A stretch of DNA of 64,000 bases from Stegostoma tigrinum (taxonomy: Eukaryota), in assembly GCF_030684315.1 (NCBI RefSeq), contig NC_081363.1:69052517-69116516 (forward strand). Reading direction: 5' to 3'. Positions 12,749 through 23,726 of this stretch are shown in pieces. The notes below the pieces were generated by a model, which ran no database searches, was not told the origin of the DNA, and was given only the letters and a program-made list of their open reading frames with translations. A program made the translations under genes and the position numbers. How positions within the stretch are numbered: the stretch's first letter is position 1; each line of letters begins with the position of its first letter.

Positions 12749-15700
12749 TTAATGTTTGTGGAAGAACTTGAAATATATGACTGCTGCTAGAATTACCACT
12801 TCCAGAAGGATGATAATGCCCAGTAGCAACTTGTTTGTCATAACCCTAGAGAGAGATCAGAAGTTAATAAATTCATTGACTTTCTACTGTTACAACTATC
12901 TTATACTTACTGTTACAGTAACCAATCTCAACTTTTTAATGTTTCAAATATCAAGTGATTACTGGAAAAAAATACATTCCTGCTTTGAGTTTATTGCCAA
13001 CAATATCACTTCTTTACCTCCAAAGTGAAACTAAAGCTACCATGTACCCAAGTGGAGGAGAAAGTACCTGTTTGATCCTTGGGATACAGGCTTTAAGGCC
13101 CATTCACATGCCAGCTATTAAGTAATAAAATTTAAAATTGTGATGTGATTTTACTAATCCATTCCAGTGGTCCAGGCTTCTCTAGCTTCTTTCGCACGCC
13201 CTACTTTTTTATTATAAGCTGTAGCCAAGATCCTAAGCTCGAGCCAAACAAAAGCTAACTAGTACCTGATTGGTGCAAATGTATTTTGCACAGAACATGT
13301 CCTTGATAATTTTGTACAAATATAAATTAAGGCATTGCCAGCAGAAAATGTAACAGCCCCAGGAAACCAGATGATCACTTCATTATTAACCCTTCACTAA
13401 TTTTACTTTAATCATCCAGTGTAAATTGGAGTAAAAGTCTTATTTCTGTCTCCACCTCCATACAACTTGAACAAAACATTCAATTTCCACCTTAATGCAA
13501 CTGTGGTGGTGCTGTGCTTTTTAGCAATTTATTAAACAAAACTCAATCTTACCTTCTGGACATGGAACGCAGTATTTTCCGACTCCGACTCAAATTCTCA
13601 CCTGTGTTTATTAGCTTAGGAATAAAAAATCAAGAGTATGAACAGAAAAAGAGAGCAAAGTCTCAAGTTATCCAATTTGAGGTTTTCAGACCCGACAAAT
13701 GACTTCTCAATATTTCTTACCAAATTACATTTCCTTCACGTGTACTTGACTCTTGAACTCACCCTGTCTTTAGACCGTTCCAGTTGCTCTCGTTGCCCTC
13801 CAAGTTCCTCAATTATATCTGAGCCTATCTGATCAGTCTCTGCTGCTATTCTATGAGAACGATCTATACTCTGAGTTGCTCTGTTCAGACTGTCTGTACC
13901 TTGTAAAAGCAAAGCACGCTGAGCTGATGAGTAATTCTGAAAGAGAGAAGAGTTTTTCAGCTGCCTTCACAAATAACAAGATGATAGACAAAGTTTTAGT
14001 TCTCATTGTTACTCGCTCACTGAAAATGCATGGACAAGTGATATGCTTCTCAACATCAAAATGTTCTGGAGTGTAATGCGATATTTTATGCCACCGATAA
14101 GTCATCTGTTTCTCCTTCATAAAAAGCTTTAGCTTTAATCTGAGAAATGCATTTCACCCAACTTCAGGCAAATGACAGAGAAGCTATTTTCCCTAATACA
14201 CATTTTGTTTATCTGCTTTTGTTTAAACTTATGGCATATCGAAAAGCTGACATGGAAACAAGTTGACCTCTGGGTCTCTCATTGAGTCAAACTAAAAAAT
14301 GAATGTTTTCTCACTGTACAGACTACAAACAGGCCTATATGAACCAACTCCACAGTGGAGAATATTGCACACTGAATGGAAGTGAGTCTCATTTAAGCAG
14401 TCCATAAAGATGGTTAGTAAAACTGGAAAAATTCCAGTGCTAAAAAGGGACAATTACAATGTCAAGGAAAATTTATTTTGCTACTTCCCATGTGGTACCT
14501 AATGCAGGAGTCTTGAAATTAAATAAATTGCTACTTCAAACAATTCCATTGCTACTAACCAAAAATAAAGAGACATTAGTGTGACAAGCTGAAGGTCAGC
14601 CCTGGAATGAACAGAATATTCTATTCGTTGTACATAACATGCACAAAAATGTAATCGCTATAACAATATTTTTAGTTGCAGTACTTACGCTTTGTTCATT
14701 TGCAGCACTGTACTCTGTGTACTTAACATCAGTACGTAATCCATATCCATTGCTTCTAACATCCTGCTGCAGCTTGCTCACATCTTTTCTGTATGAACGA
14801 ATTTCTGTATTCATCTGATTACGGAATGAGAGTGGTGCTTTCCTTAATTCCTTTTCCATTTCACCCAACTGAAAACAAAAGCATGCAGCAAAGATGCAAT
14901 TTCTCAAAATAACAGCTATTACTGGTATCCTCGATAAACTAAATTGCAATACTGCCAATAATTGAAACTTAGATTTGTTGAGTAAATCAGAGTGCATATT
15001 TGAGATTCTCTGCCCCTCAGTACTTACAACTTCATTTGCTTCATCAACTTTTTCATCAATTTCACGCAGAAATCTTCTCTTCTGTTCTGCAAAACATCAA
15101 AGGGAAGATAACATACAATTCCAATGAATCTTTATGAAAACTCTACATCTCCAAACACATCCTCAATTTGTGAAGGGTCTAGGCCTGAAACGTCAGTTTT
15201 TGTGCTCCTAAGATGCTGCTTGGCCTGCTGTGTTTATCCAGCTCCACACTTTGTTATCTTGGATTCTCCAACATCTGCAGATCCCATTATCTCTGATCAC
15301 AATCCTGTATATGATGCTGGTTATGTCCAAATAATGGGTCTTTGGCTCGGGTTAGCAGTTGGCATAGGGTTGATGTGGGTTTGTGTGCTACCCTGATGCC
15401 CAGTGGTTATAGGAGTCTTGTGGACAGTTCAGATATGTTCTTGATGTAAGGTAGCATGATGAGTGTGTTGGGATGTGCAGGACCTTCCTCTCGTCGTTTG
15501 TGTAATCGGATTCTTCTGACCCAGTTTTTCCAGGTATCTGTTGTCCTTTAATACTTGGAGAAGTATTCTTCTTTTTGGTGAAATTCTGTGTTTCTGTAGT
15601 GTATTTTTGCCTGTTTAAATAGTGTTTTCACCTAACTTCATTTGTGAGTGTTAGCTGTTGAAATTCAGTACCTGGTCAGTGTGTGTGGCTTTCCTGTTCT

Positions 15701-18700
15701 TCACCAGGACATGCAGGAATGGAAGCTGTGTTTGTTCTTTTCCTCTTCCTTGGTGAATTTGATGCTGGTGAGAGAGTTTTGTTTATTAGTTGGTGTGTCT
15801 CCTCCTAGTTTTGTCCATTTAATAATGACGAAGATGTCATCCACATATCACATCCATAGTTGAGGTTGGATTAGCCAAAGGGCCATGCTATCGAGTCTCT
15901 GCATCACTACTTCAGCTGTTAGTCCGGAGATAGGTGAACTGTTCATACTTATAGCCGTTAAAGGTAAAGTGGGTTGTGAGGCATAGGTCCTATGCCAACG
16001 GCTAACTCAAACCAAAGACCAACTACGGACAGGCTCAGTGTCGTATACAAGATTCCCTGCAAAGACTGCGACAAACATTACATTGGACAGACAGGAAGAA
16101 AATTAGCCACAAGAGTACACAAACATCAACTAGAAACAAAAAGACATGACCAATACTCGCTCATCTCCATCCACATAGATAAAGGAAAACCACCAATTTG
16201 ATTGGGACAACACCTGGATCCTAGGACCGGCCAAGCGGAGACAAGCACAGGAATTCCTAGAGGGCTGATTCTCCACTAGGAAGACTATCAACAAACACAT
16301 AGAGCTAGATCCTACATATACTCCACTGCGAAGGAAAACTGGAAGTGAGGTAACATAGCTCAATGGACAGAGTTTAAATACCAGGCAGGAAAACATAACA
16401 GCACTTCATCGGAGACTGCACTGATGATGCTACTCAGCAGGGCAATGAAATGTCTCCAAAACAATGAACTAGCTCGGCGAGCCAACCAACCACAACTTGG
16501 CTCGTGGTTCATCTTTCAGGCTTTGAATACCCATCTGTTAAGTTAATACACAAGCTCATGTGTGTGCACTAAGATGCAGGAAATATTCAGGAAATTTTTG
16601 AATCACACAATTGTTCAGTATCAGTTGGTTTACTCATTTATGACCACTGCAATCCTTGAAACACAATCTTGACTGGCCAAAATATTGCACTTTTCAAGTT
16701 TTACTGATAACCGATTGCACATCAAAATCGTGCGAGATGTTATGAACTAATACTCCCACTTCCTTAGCTCTCCCAACAGCAATTACTTTTCAAGCACGGT
16801 ACAGCAACCTGAATAAAGCAATAGGGAAAAAAACGAATGGATATTCTAAGACAGTGGTGAGTTTGACTATTCTGCTCAGCTAATGAATCATATAAAAACT
16901 GCAAATTCTGATACATTGAAGGGAATCCAACGATGACAACCATGCCTAGCACGATCAAAGCATCAGATAGTATTGACAAAAGAAATTTCGATCAGGAGAA
17001 TTCATCAGGTCTGACATTCTTAAGACGACAGATTGGGGAGCAGCTACTTATCTGTCCCTGAGTTTTCATGCCAGACATAAATGATGATGCTTTATGCAAT
17101 GCATATGAGGGCATGTCGGTGAGTGTACCATAATGACATGGCAATTGTGCCATCTGATGCATTTCCTATTATTGATATCATAAACGGATAAGGGAAGCCT
17201 ACTAGTTTGTGGCTGTCAGTAATTGTACAGATGGATCATTAACTGCATTGGCTTTGGCATTAAAATCAGAAGCAAATTCCTTCTTTATTTGATTTCCTAT
17301 TATTGGCACTGTGGAAAATTAAACCACATCTTCTATTGATTCTAGATCACCCTGACGTACTTTACTAATACTGTACTTATACAATTCAGATTAACATGGC
17401 ATACTGAAGCACCGTATCAAGGTGATAACTCACTTGTTAGTGGGAGATATCTAAAAGAGGTTACGCACTTAGGAAGAAAAGGACAATATAGATAAATGGG
17501 TAAGTTATTAATTGACTGCAATAAGCTCCTCTCATTAGCTCGTACATGTTGTCAATTTCTTCTCATCTGACACGAAGAGGAAAAATAAATTTATTGTGGC
17601 ATGAGATGGAGAGCAAAAAAAGCCCAAAACTACTATCGTTACAGAAGGAGAATTGCTTCAATATAATCACACACACAAAAAAACACAAAATCTGTTGTAA
17701 CAAGGTGTAGAGCTGGATGAACACAGCAGCCAAGCAGCAGGAAAGCTGACGTTTTGGGTCTGGACGCTTCTTCAGAAAATTCTCCAGCATCGGCAGTTCC
17801 CACTATCACAAAATCTGTCGCAGTAGGATATCTGTTATTAAACACAATTTAAAGACAACATTGCCACAGCACTATTCTTTCAAAATAACTGCATCAGCAT
17901 GTCATATTTTCTGGTATGCAGGTATGGCATATTTCATTACCCAGGGGAGCTACACAATACAACAGCCTTCACAACTCTTCACGGGCTCCGTCAACATGTG
18001 CAAAAACATCAAAAAAAAGACAGATTTACCCTAAACAGTGAAGCACATCAGCCATTTTTAAAAATCTGACAAAAAAATTTACAATCAAATCTTAAACCCA
18101 TTTTGTCCCTTTTGCAGGTACAGTACTGCACAGGGTGTATTTCCACAATTTTCTATTTTCAAGACAGCTCCCAACACATTTTTCTCCTTTTACTGCCTTT
18201 GAGGCAGACCTTGCTGCCGGTCACTGTTCCTACCAGGAGATCTATTGTCATGGCGTGCAGGCTTGACTGTCTCACATCATTCCTCTCGCATTGGCAACTA
18301 TACGGTGATATCCATTATCCAACTATACTTCTGTCAACTCCTCCTACTATTACCCTCTACTTTTCCTCTAGATGAAATCTCTAGCTGTTCAGCTTGGATC
18401 AAAAATTGTCGAAGTACTGGCATTTCATTTCTCGATGTCACCTTCTAGGAGCATGTATTATTCTTATAATTTCAAGCACCCTTCATTTCCTTTATAGATT
18501 TTATGTGTAATTTGAAGTCTACATTTAAAACGTCCACATTTCAAAGGCTTTGAGTATTTTTCACGGATCTGTATTATCCAGGTTTTTGAAGCACGCAGGA
18601 AAACGGATACAATGTAAATATTATCCATCTTCTTCCTTGTTACAAGCCTGAGTTATCTTGTGACTGTGTCTTACGAGAAATTATACAATTTCAATCCTGT

Positions 18701-21700
18701 GACTTCAAGATTAAGTCCACTACCTTTTGTGAACATCAGTTCTAATGAGAACAAATTTTACTACTTGTTCCAGAGCAACACCATCTATTGTAACAGTGTG
18801 TGGGGCTGGATGAACACAGCGGGCCAAGCAGCATCTTAGGAGCACAAAACCTGACGTTTCGGGCCTAGACCCTTCATTAGAGAGGGGGATGACGAGAGGG
18901 TTCTGAAATAAATAGGGAGAGAGAGGGAGGGCAGACCGAAGATGGATAGAGGAGAAGACAGGTGGAGAGAAGAGTATAGGTGGGGAGGTAGGGAGGGGAT
19001 AGGTCAGTCCGGAGAGGACGGACAGGTCAAGGGGGTGGGATGAGGTTAGTAGGTAGGAGATGGAGGTGCGGCTTGAGGTGGGAGGAGGGGATAGGTGAGA
19101 GGAAGAACAGGTTAGGGAGGCAGGGACGAGCTGGACTGGTTTTGGGATGCAGTAGGGGCAGGGGACATTTTGAAGCTGGTGAAATCCACGTTGATACCAT
19201 TGGGCTGCAGGGTTCCCAAGCGGAATATGAGTTGCTGTTCCTGCAACCTTCGGGTGGCATCATTATGGCACTGCAGGAGGCCCAGGATGGACATGTCGTC
19301 TGCGGAATGGGAGGAAGAGTTAAAATGGTTTGCGACTGGGAGGTACAGTTGTTTATTGCGAAACGAGCGGAGGTGTTCTGCAAAGCGGTACCCAAGCCTC
19401 CGCTTGGTTTCCCCAATGTAGAGGAAGCCACAACGGGAACAGCGGATGCAGTATACCACATTGGCGGATATGCAGGTGAACATCTGCTTGATGTGAAAAG
19501 TCATCTTGGGGCCTGGGATATTGGTGAAGGAGGAGGTGTAGGGGCATGTGTAGCACTTCCTGCAGTTGCAGGGGAAAGTGCCGGGTGTGGTGGGGTTGGA
19601 GGGGAGTGTGGAGCGGACAAGGGAGTCGCGGAGCAAGTCGTCTCTCCCGAAGGCAGACAAGGGTGGGAATGGAAAAATGTCTTTAGTGATGGGGTCGGAT
19701 TGTAGATGGCAGAAGTGTCGGAGGATGTGTGTTGTATCTGGAAGTTGGTGGGTGGCATGTGAGGACTAGAGGGATTCTCTTTTGGTGGTTATTGCGGGGG
19801 CGCGGTGTGAGTGATGAGTTGTGGGAAATGTGGGAGACCTGATCGAGGGTGTTCTTGACCACTGCTGGGGGGTGTCGTTGTGGTGCTTGAAGAATGAGGA
19901 CATCTGGGATGTGCAGGAGTGGAATACCTCATCCTGGGAGCAGAGGCGAAGGAAATACGCTATTCCCAATTCCTTCATCTCTGCCGCATCTGCTCCCAGG
20001 ATGAGGCATTCCACTCCCGCACATCCCAGATGTCCTTGTTCTTCAAGGACCGCAACTTCCCCCCTGCAGTGGTCGAGAACGCCCTCGACCGTGCCTCCCA
20101 CATTTCCCGCACCTCATCCCTCAACCTCCCCCCCACCCTCACAATAACCACCAAACAAGAATCCCCCTCGTCCTCACATACCACCCCACCAACCTCCGGA
20201 TACAACACATCATCCTCCGACACTTCCACCATCTACAATCCGACCCCGCCACTAAAGACATTTTTACATCCCCACCCTTGTCTGCCTTCCGGAGAGACCA
20301 CTCTCTCTGCGACTCCCTTGTCCGCTCCACACTCCCCTCCAACCCCACCACACCCGGCACCTTCCCCTGCAACCGCAGGAAGTGCTACACCTGCACCCAC
20401 ACCTCCTCCCTCACCCCCATCCCAGGCCCCAAGATGACTTTCCACATCAAGCAGATGTTCACCTGCACATCTGCCAATGTGGTATACTGCATCCATTGTA
20501 CCCGGTGTGGCTTCCTCTACATTGGGGAAACCAAGCGGACGCTTGGGGACTGCTTTGCAGAACACCTACGCTCAGTTTGCAGTAAACAACTGCACCTCCC
20601 AGACGCGAACCAGTTCAACTCCCCCTCCCATTCCGCAGATGACATGTCCATCCTGGGCCTCCTGCAGCACCACAACGATGCCACCCGTAGGTTGCAGGAA
20701 CAGCAACCGTATCCCGCTGGGGACCCCGTCACCCAAAGGTATCAATGTGGATTTCACCAGCTTCAAAATCTGCCTTGCCCCCACTGCATCCCAAAACCAG
20801 CCCCGCTCGTCCCTGTCTCCTTAACCTGTTCTTCCTCTCACCTATCCCCTCCTCCCACCTCAAGCCATACCTCCATTTCCTACCTACTAACCTCATCCCG
20901 CCCCCTTGACCTGTCCATCCTCCCCTGACTGACCTATCCCCTCCCTACCTCCTCACCCTTACTCTTCTTTGTACCTATCTTCTCCTCTATCCATCTTCAG
21001 TCCGACTCCCCCATCTCCCTATTTATTTCAGAATCTTCTCCCCGTTCCTCCTCTCTGATGAAGGGTCTAGGCCCGAAACGTCAGCTCGTGCTCCTAAGAT
21101 GCTGCTTGGCCTGCTGTGTTCGTCCAGCCCCACACTTTGTTATCCTGAATTCTCCAGCATCTGCAGTTCTCATTATCTCAGACCAGAATTGAATACAGCA
21201 TTCCAAAAGTGGTCTAACAAATATCCTGTACAGCCAACACATGACTTCCCAACTTTTATACTCAGTACACTAACCAATAAAGACAAGTGTACCAAATGCC
21301 TTCTTCACTATCCTGTCTACCTCCAACTCTATTTTTAAGGAACAATGAACCTGCACTCCAAGGTCTCTTTCTTCGGCAACACTCCCCAGGACCTTACTGT
21401 TAAGGTGTGTAAGTCCTGCCCTGGTTTGTCTTACTAAAAGGAGTACCTCACATTTATCTCAATTAAATTCTATCTGCCACATCTCAGCTCATCTGTTTGA
21501 GATTCCGTTGTACTCTGAAATAATCTTCTTGGCTGTCCACTAAACACGAATTTGGTGGCATCACATCCAGATTATTTATAAAAATAATGAAAAGCAGCAC
21601 ACCACTGGTTATAGGCCTCCAGTCTGAAAAGCAACCCTCCAGCACCACTTTCTGACTCAAAGGTAGGAGACAGTCTGTATCCACATGGTTAGTTCACCCT

Positions 21701-23373
21701 GTACGTAATCTAACCTTGCTAACCAGTCTACTATGCAGAATCTTGTCAAACACCTCACTGAAACCCATATAGACCATATACACCATTCCTCTTTGTCACT
21801 TCTTCAAAAAACTCAATCAAGTCTGTGAAACATGATTCCCCACGCACAAAGCCATGTTGACTATCCCTAATCAGTCCTTGCCTTTCCAAATATTAGTAAA
21901 TCCTGTCCCTCAGGATTCCCTCCAACAGCGTGCCCACCATCGATGTCAGGCTCACCAGTTTACAGTTCGCTGGCTTTTCCTTCCCACCTTTCTTAAATAC
22001 TGGCACCACATTAACCAATCTTCAGTCTTTTGGCACCTCACCTGTGGCTATCAATGATACAAATATCTCAGCAAGGGGCCCAGCAATCACCTCCCTAGCC
22101 TACCTGATCAGATCCTGGGAATTTATCCATTTTAAGACATCCAGCACCACCTCATCAGTAACATGAGCCCTTTTCCAAGATATCACTATTTATTTCCCGT
22201 AGTTCTCTATCTTCCATATCCTTCTCCACAGTAAACATTGTTGCAAAATACTCATTTAGTATCTCACCCATCTCGGGGTTATAAATAATAAAGTCAGAGA
22301 TGGTTTGTAGGTGTTATCGGCCAGACCAAACCCCTTTAAAATATATTGATAAGATAGCCTACCCCAACTTTTTCTTATTTTAAAAAGGCAAGTGTAAGGC
22401 ATTGTGTTCCAGATGCAATGCGATTGGTCAAACTATTCAACTTTCAGGAAAACATGCTTTATTTTTACACTACAGTTAAAGTCCAGACAAAATAAAAAGA
22501 AAAGGAAAGAATTGGCTTAACTGTAACTCTATAAAAATGCCTTAAATAATAAAGTACGTATTAACTACTAATTAACTGTCCAAATATAGTAACATCCCAT
22601 AAATACTGTTGAGAAAGGTAAACTCAGTCAAATAGATCGTCTCACATGCAATTCTAACAACAAGACCCAAGCAACTGCAGAAAGCTAAAACTAAAAATCC
22701 TGGTTCTGAGAGAGTTGAACCCGACCCATTCAGCCTGCTTCTATTGCTCCAACTTTAAAAAAACACCCAAGTCCTCACAAGCTGTTTAATTATCTTTGAG
22801 CAGACCACTGAGCACCTAAGTCTCAACCTTCCTTTATAAAAGAAAAACAGGACAAAATAAACCTTTTAAGCCATTGTATCATCACAAAGCAGAGAAAAGA
22901 TGCCAGTGAGAGGAAGGGCCGTCTGTTTTGGCTATCATTTTCAGTGTTGATGATTTCACAAAGTTACAGTGACAGCTAGTTTTGAACTGGAACTGGAGTC
23001 CAAAAGGGTGTTCATTGCTGGACTTTACAGCATGCAAACTGGTGCTCTACGCAGGGCCAGTACAGGCCAGGGCTATACGCAGAACATATAGAGGTGAGGG
23101 CTGATTACATGCTGTACACAGTGAGAGGGAATGTCTCCCTAAAGGGGAGCAAATGGGAAATTCTCGTAAGAAGGGTCAGATCAGCCATGATATCATTGAA
23201 TGGTAGAGCAGGCTCGAAGGACTGAATGGCCTACGCTCAAACCTCATAAAGAAAAAGCAGCATTTCTCAGTCTCACCTCCTGAATATCTAGGCAGGCGCT
23301 CACATTGACACCTCAGTTCCTCGAAAACACTACCAAAGGCTTCGTGCATCTTCTCAAACTCCTCGGATGACAT
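12749..23373 (-). CDS. VTI1B: Vesicle transport through interaction with t-SNAREs 1B (Qb-SNARE, 222 aa, 6 exons)
   Basis: Exons (minus) 23373-23277, 15086-15028, 14868-14689, 13936-13763, 13614-13553, 12845-12749; GT-AG, total 669 nt. Peptides MSSEEFEKMHEAF.., LGEMEKELRKAPLSFRNQM, QRALLLQGTDSLNRATQSIDRSHRIAAETDQIGSDIIEELGGQREQL, ENLSRSRKILRSMSRR, and C-terminal TM NKLLLGIIILLEVVILAAVIYFKFFHKH*. Confidence 0.97.
15168..15300 (+). mobile_element. Neptune-type PLE 3' terminal repeat fragment
   Basis: tgaagggtctaggcctgaaacgtcag..gatgctgcttggcctgctgtgtttatccagctccacactttgttatcttggattctcc matches the 3' ends of the other Neptune copies. Confidence 0.8.
15301..16500. mobile_element. Poseidon-type Penelope-like element(s): minus-strand RT piece (15301-15988) joined to plus-strand GIY-YIG piece (15989-16500)
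   Basis: Minus strand reads DLCLTTHFTFNG, YVDDIFVII and LPYIKNISE. Plus strand reads VVYKIPCKDCDKHYIGQTGRKLATRVHKH with no Cys-rich linker. Hammerhead-like CTGATGA..GAAATGTC at 16421-16454. Confidence 0.85.
17695..17810. mobile_element. PLE terminal-repeat-derived mini element with mutated hammerhead
   Basis: gtagagctggatgaacacagcagccaagcagc..ctgacgttttgggtctggacgcttcttcag (minus orientation), then a plus-oriented tail ttctccagcatcggcagttcccactatc. Confidence 0.7.
18790..19954 (-). mobile_element. Neptune-type PLE, 5'-truncated (linker + GIY-YIG + 3' repeat)
   Basis: ORF 19112-19660 [48 protein letters not shown]. Confidence 0.92.
19960..21180 (+). mobile_element. Neptune-type PLE, 5'-truncated; inverted partner of 18790-19954
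   Basis: YSQFLHLCRICSQDEAFH, and ORF 20278-20928 with [11 protein letters not shown] and [20 protein letters not shown]; complete 3' repeat. Confidence 0.92.
21053..21084 (+). ncRNA. Minimal type-I hammerhead ribozyme motif (PLE-associated)
   Basis: CT-CTGATGA(21055-21061)-A-GGGT CTAG GCCC(stem II)-GAAA-CGTC^AG. Conserved core intact, palindromic ACGT stem III, predicted cleavage after C21082. Confidence 0.8.
21181..22270 (-). mobile_element. CR1-type LINE RT fragment, decayed
   Basis: Minus ORF 21484-21684 QKVVLEGCFSDWRPITSG..LFIIFINNLD; upstream sequence resembles the CR1 RT region. Confidence 0.8.
22312..22886. mobile_element. Putative solo LTR (TG...CA), copy 1
   Basis: Starts tgttatcggccagaccaaacccc and ends tatcatcaca. 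Homologous along its length to 49918-50562. Confidence 0.6.
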
Positions 23374-23726
23374 CTTTAAAGTGATTTAAATCTCGATCTG
23401 GTACAAAACAAACAGCCGACAGCGACACAACGTCCGACTTTTCAAGCCCCGCCTCCTTCCGCAATCACATGACAATATACACACAACAACATCCCCCATC
23501 CCCGACCACAAAATCCTGAGGTTTTATCAACATCGTTACTTACTGCTTCAGCCACCATTTTCAGATCGTCATCTCCCCGCTAAAGGGGCAATAACCGAGT
23601 CTCTTAAGCCCCGGGGGGTTGGGGGAAGGAGACGGAGACGGACCGCGTGGCCCCGTGCATTCTGGGGGTTGTAGTCCCAGCCGCTTCTGGTTCCCCGGGG
23701 ATTGGCCGAGCCCTTTCCTGCAGAAG
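23374..23726. promoter_or_regulatory. Bidirectional CpG-rich promoter shared by VTI1B and RDH11/12
   Basis: Only 353 bp between divergent ATGs (23373 and 23727). GC box ccccgcctcc ~23447, ETS-like cttccg ~23456, M-box TCACATGAC 23465-23473, YY1-like gccaccatttt ~23551, reverse CCAAT (gattgg) ~23700. Confidence 0.75.
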
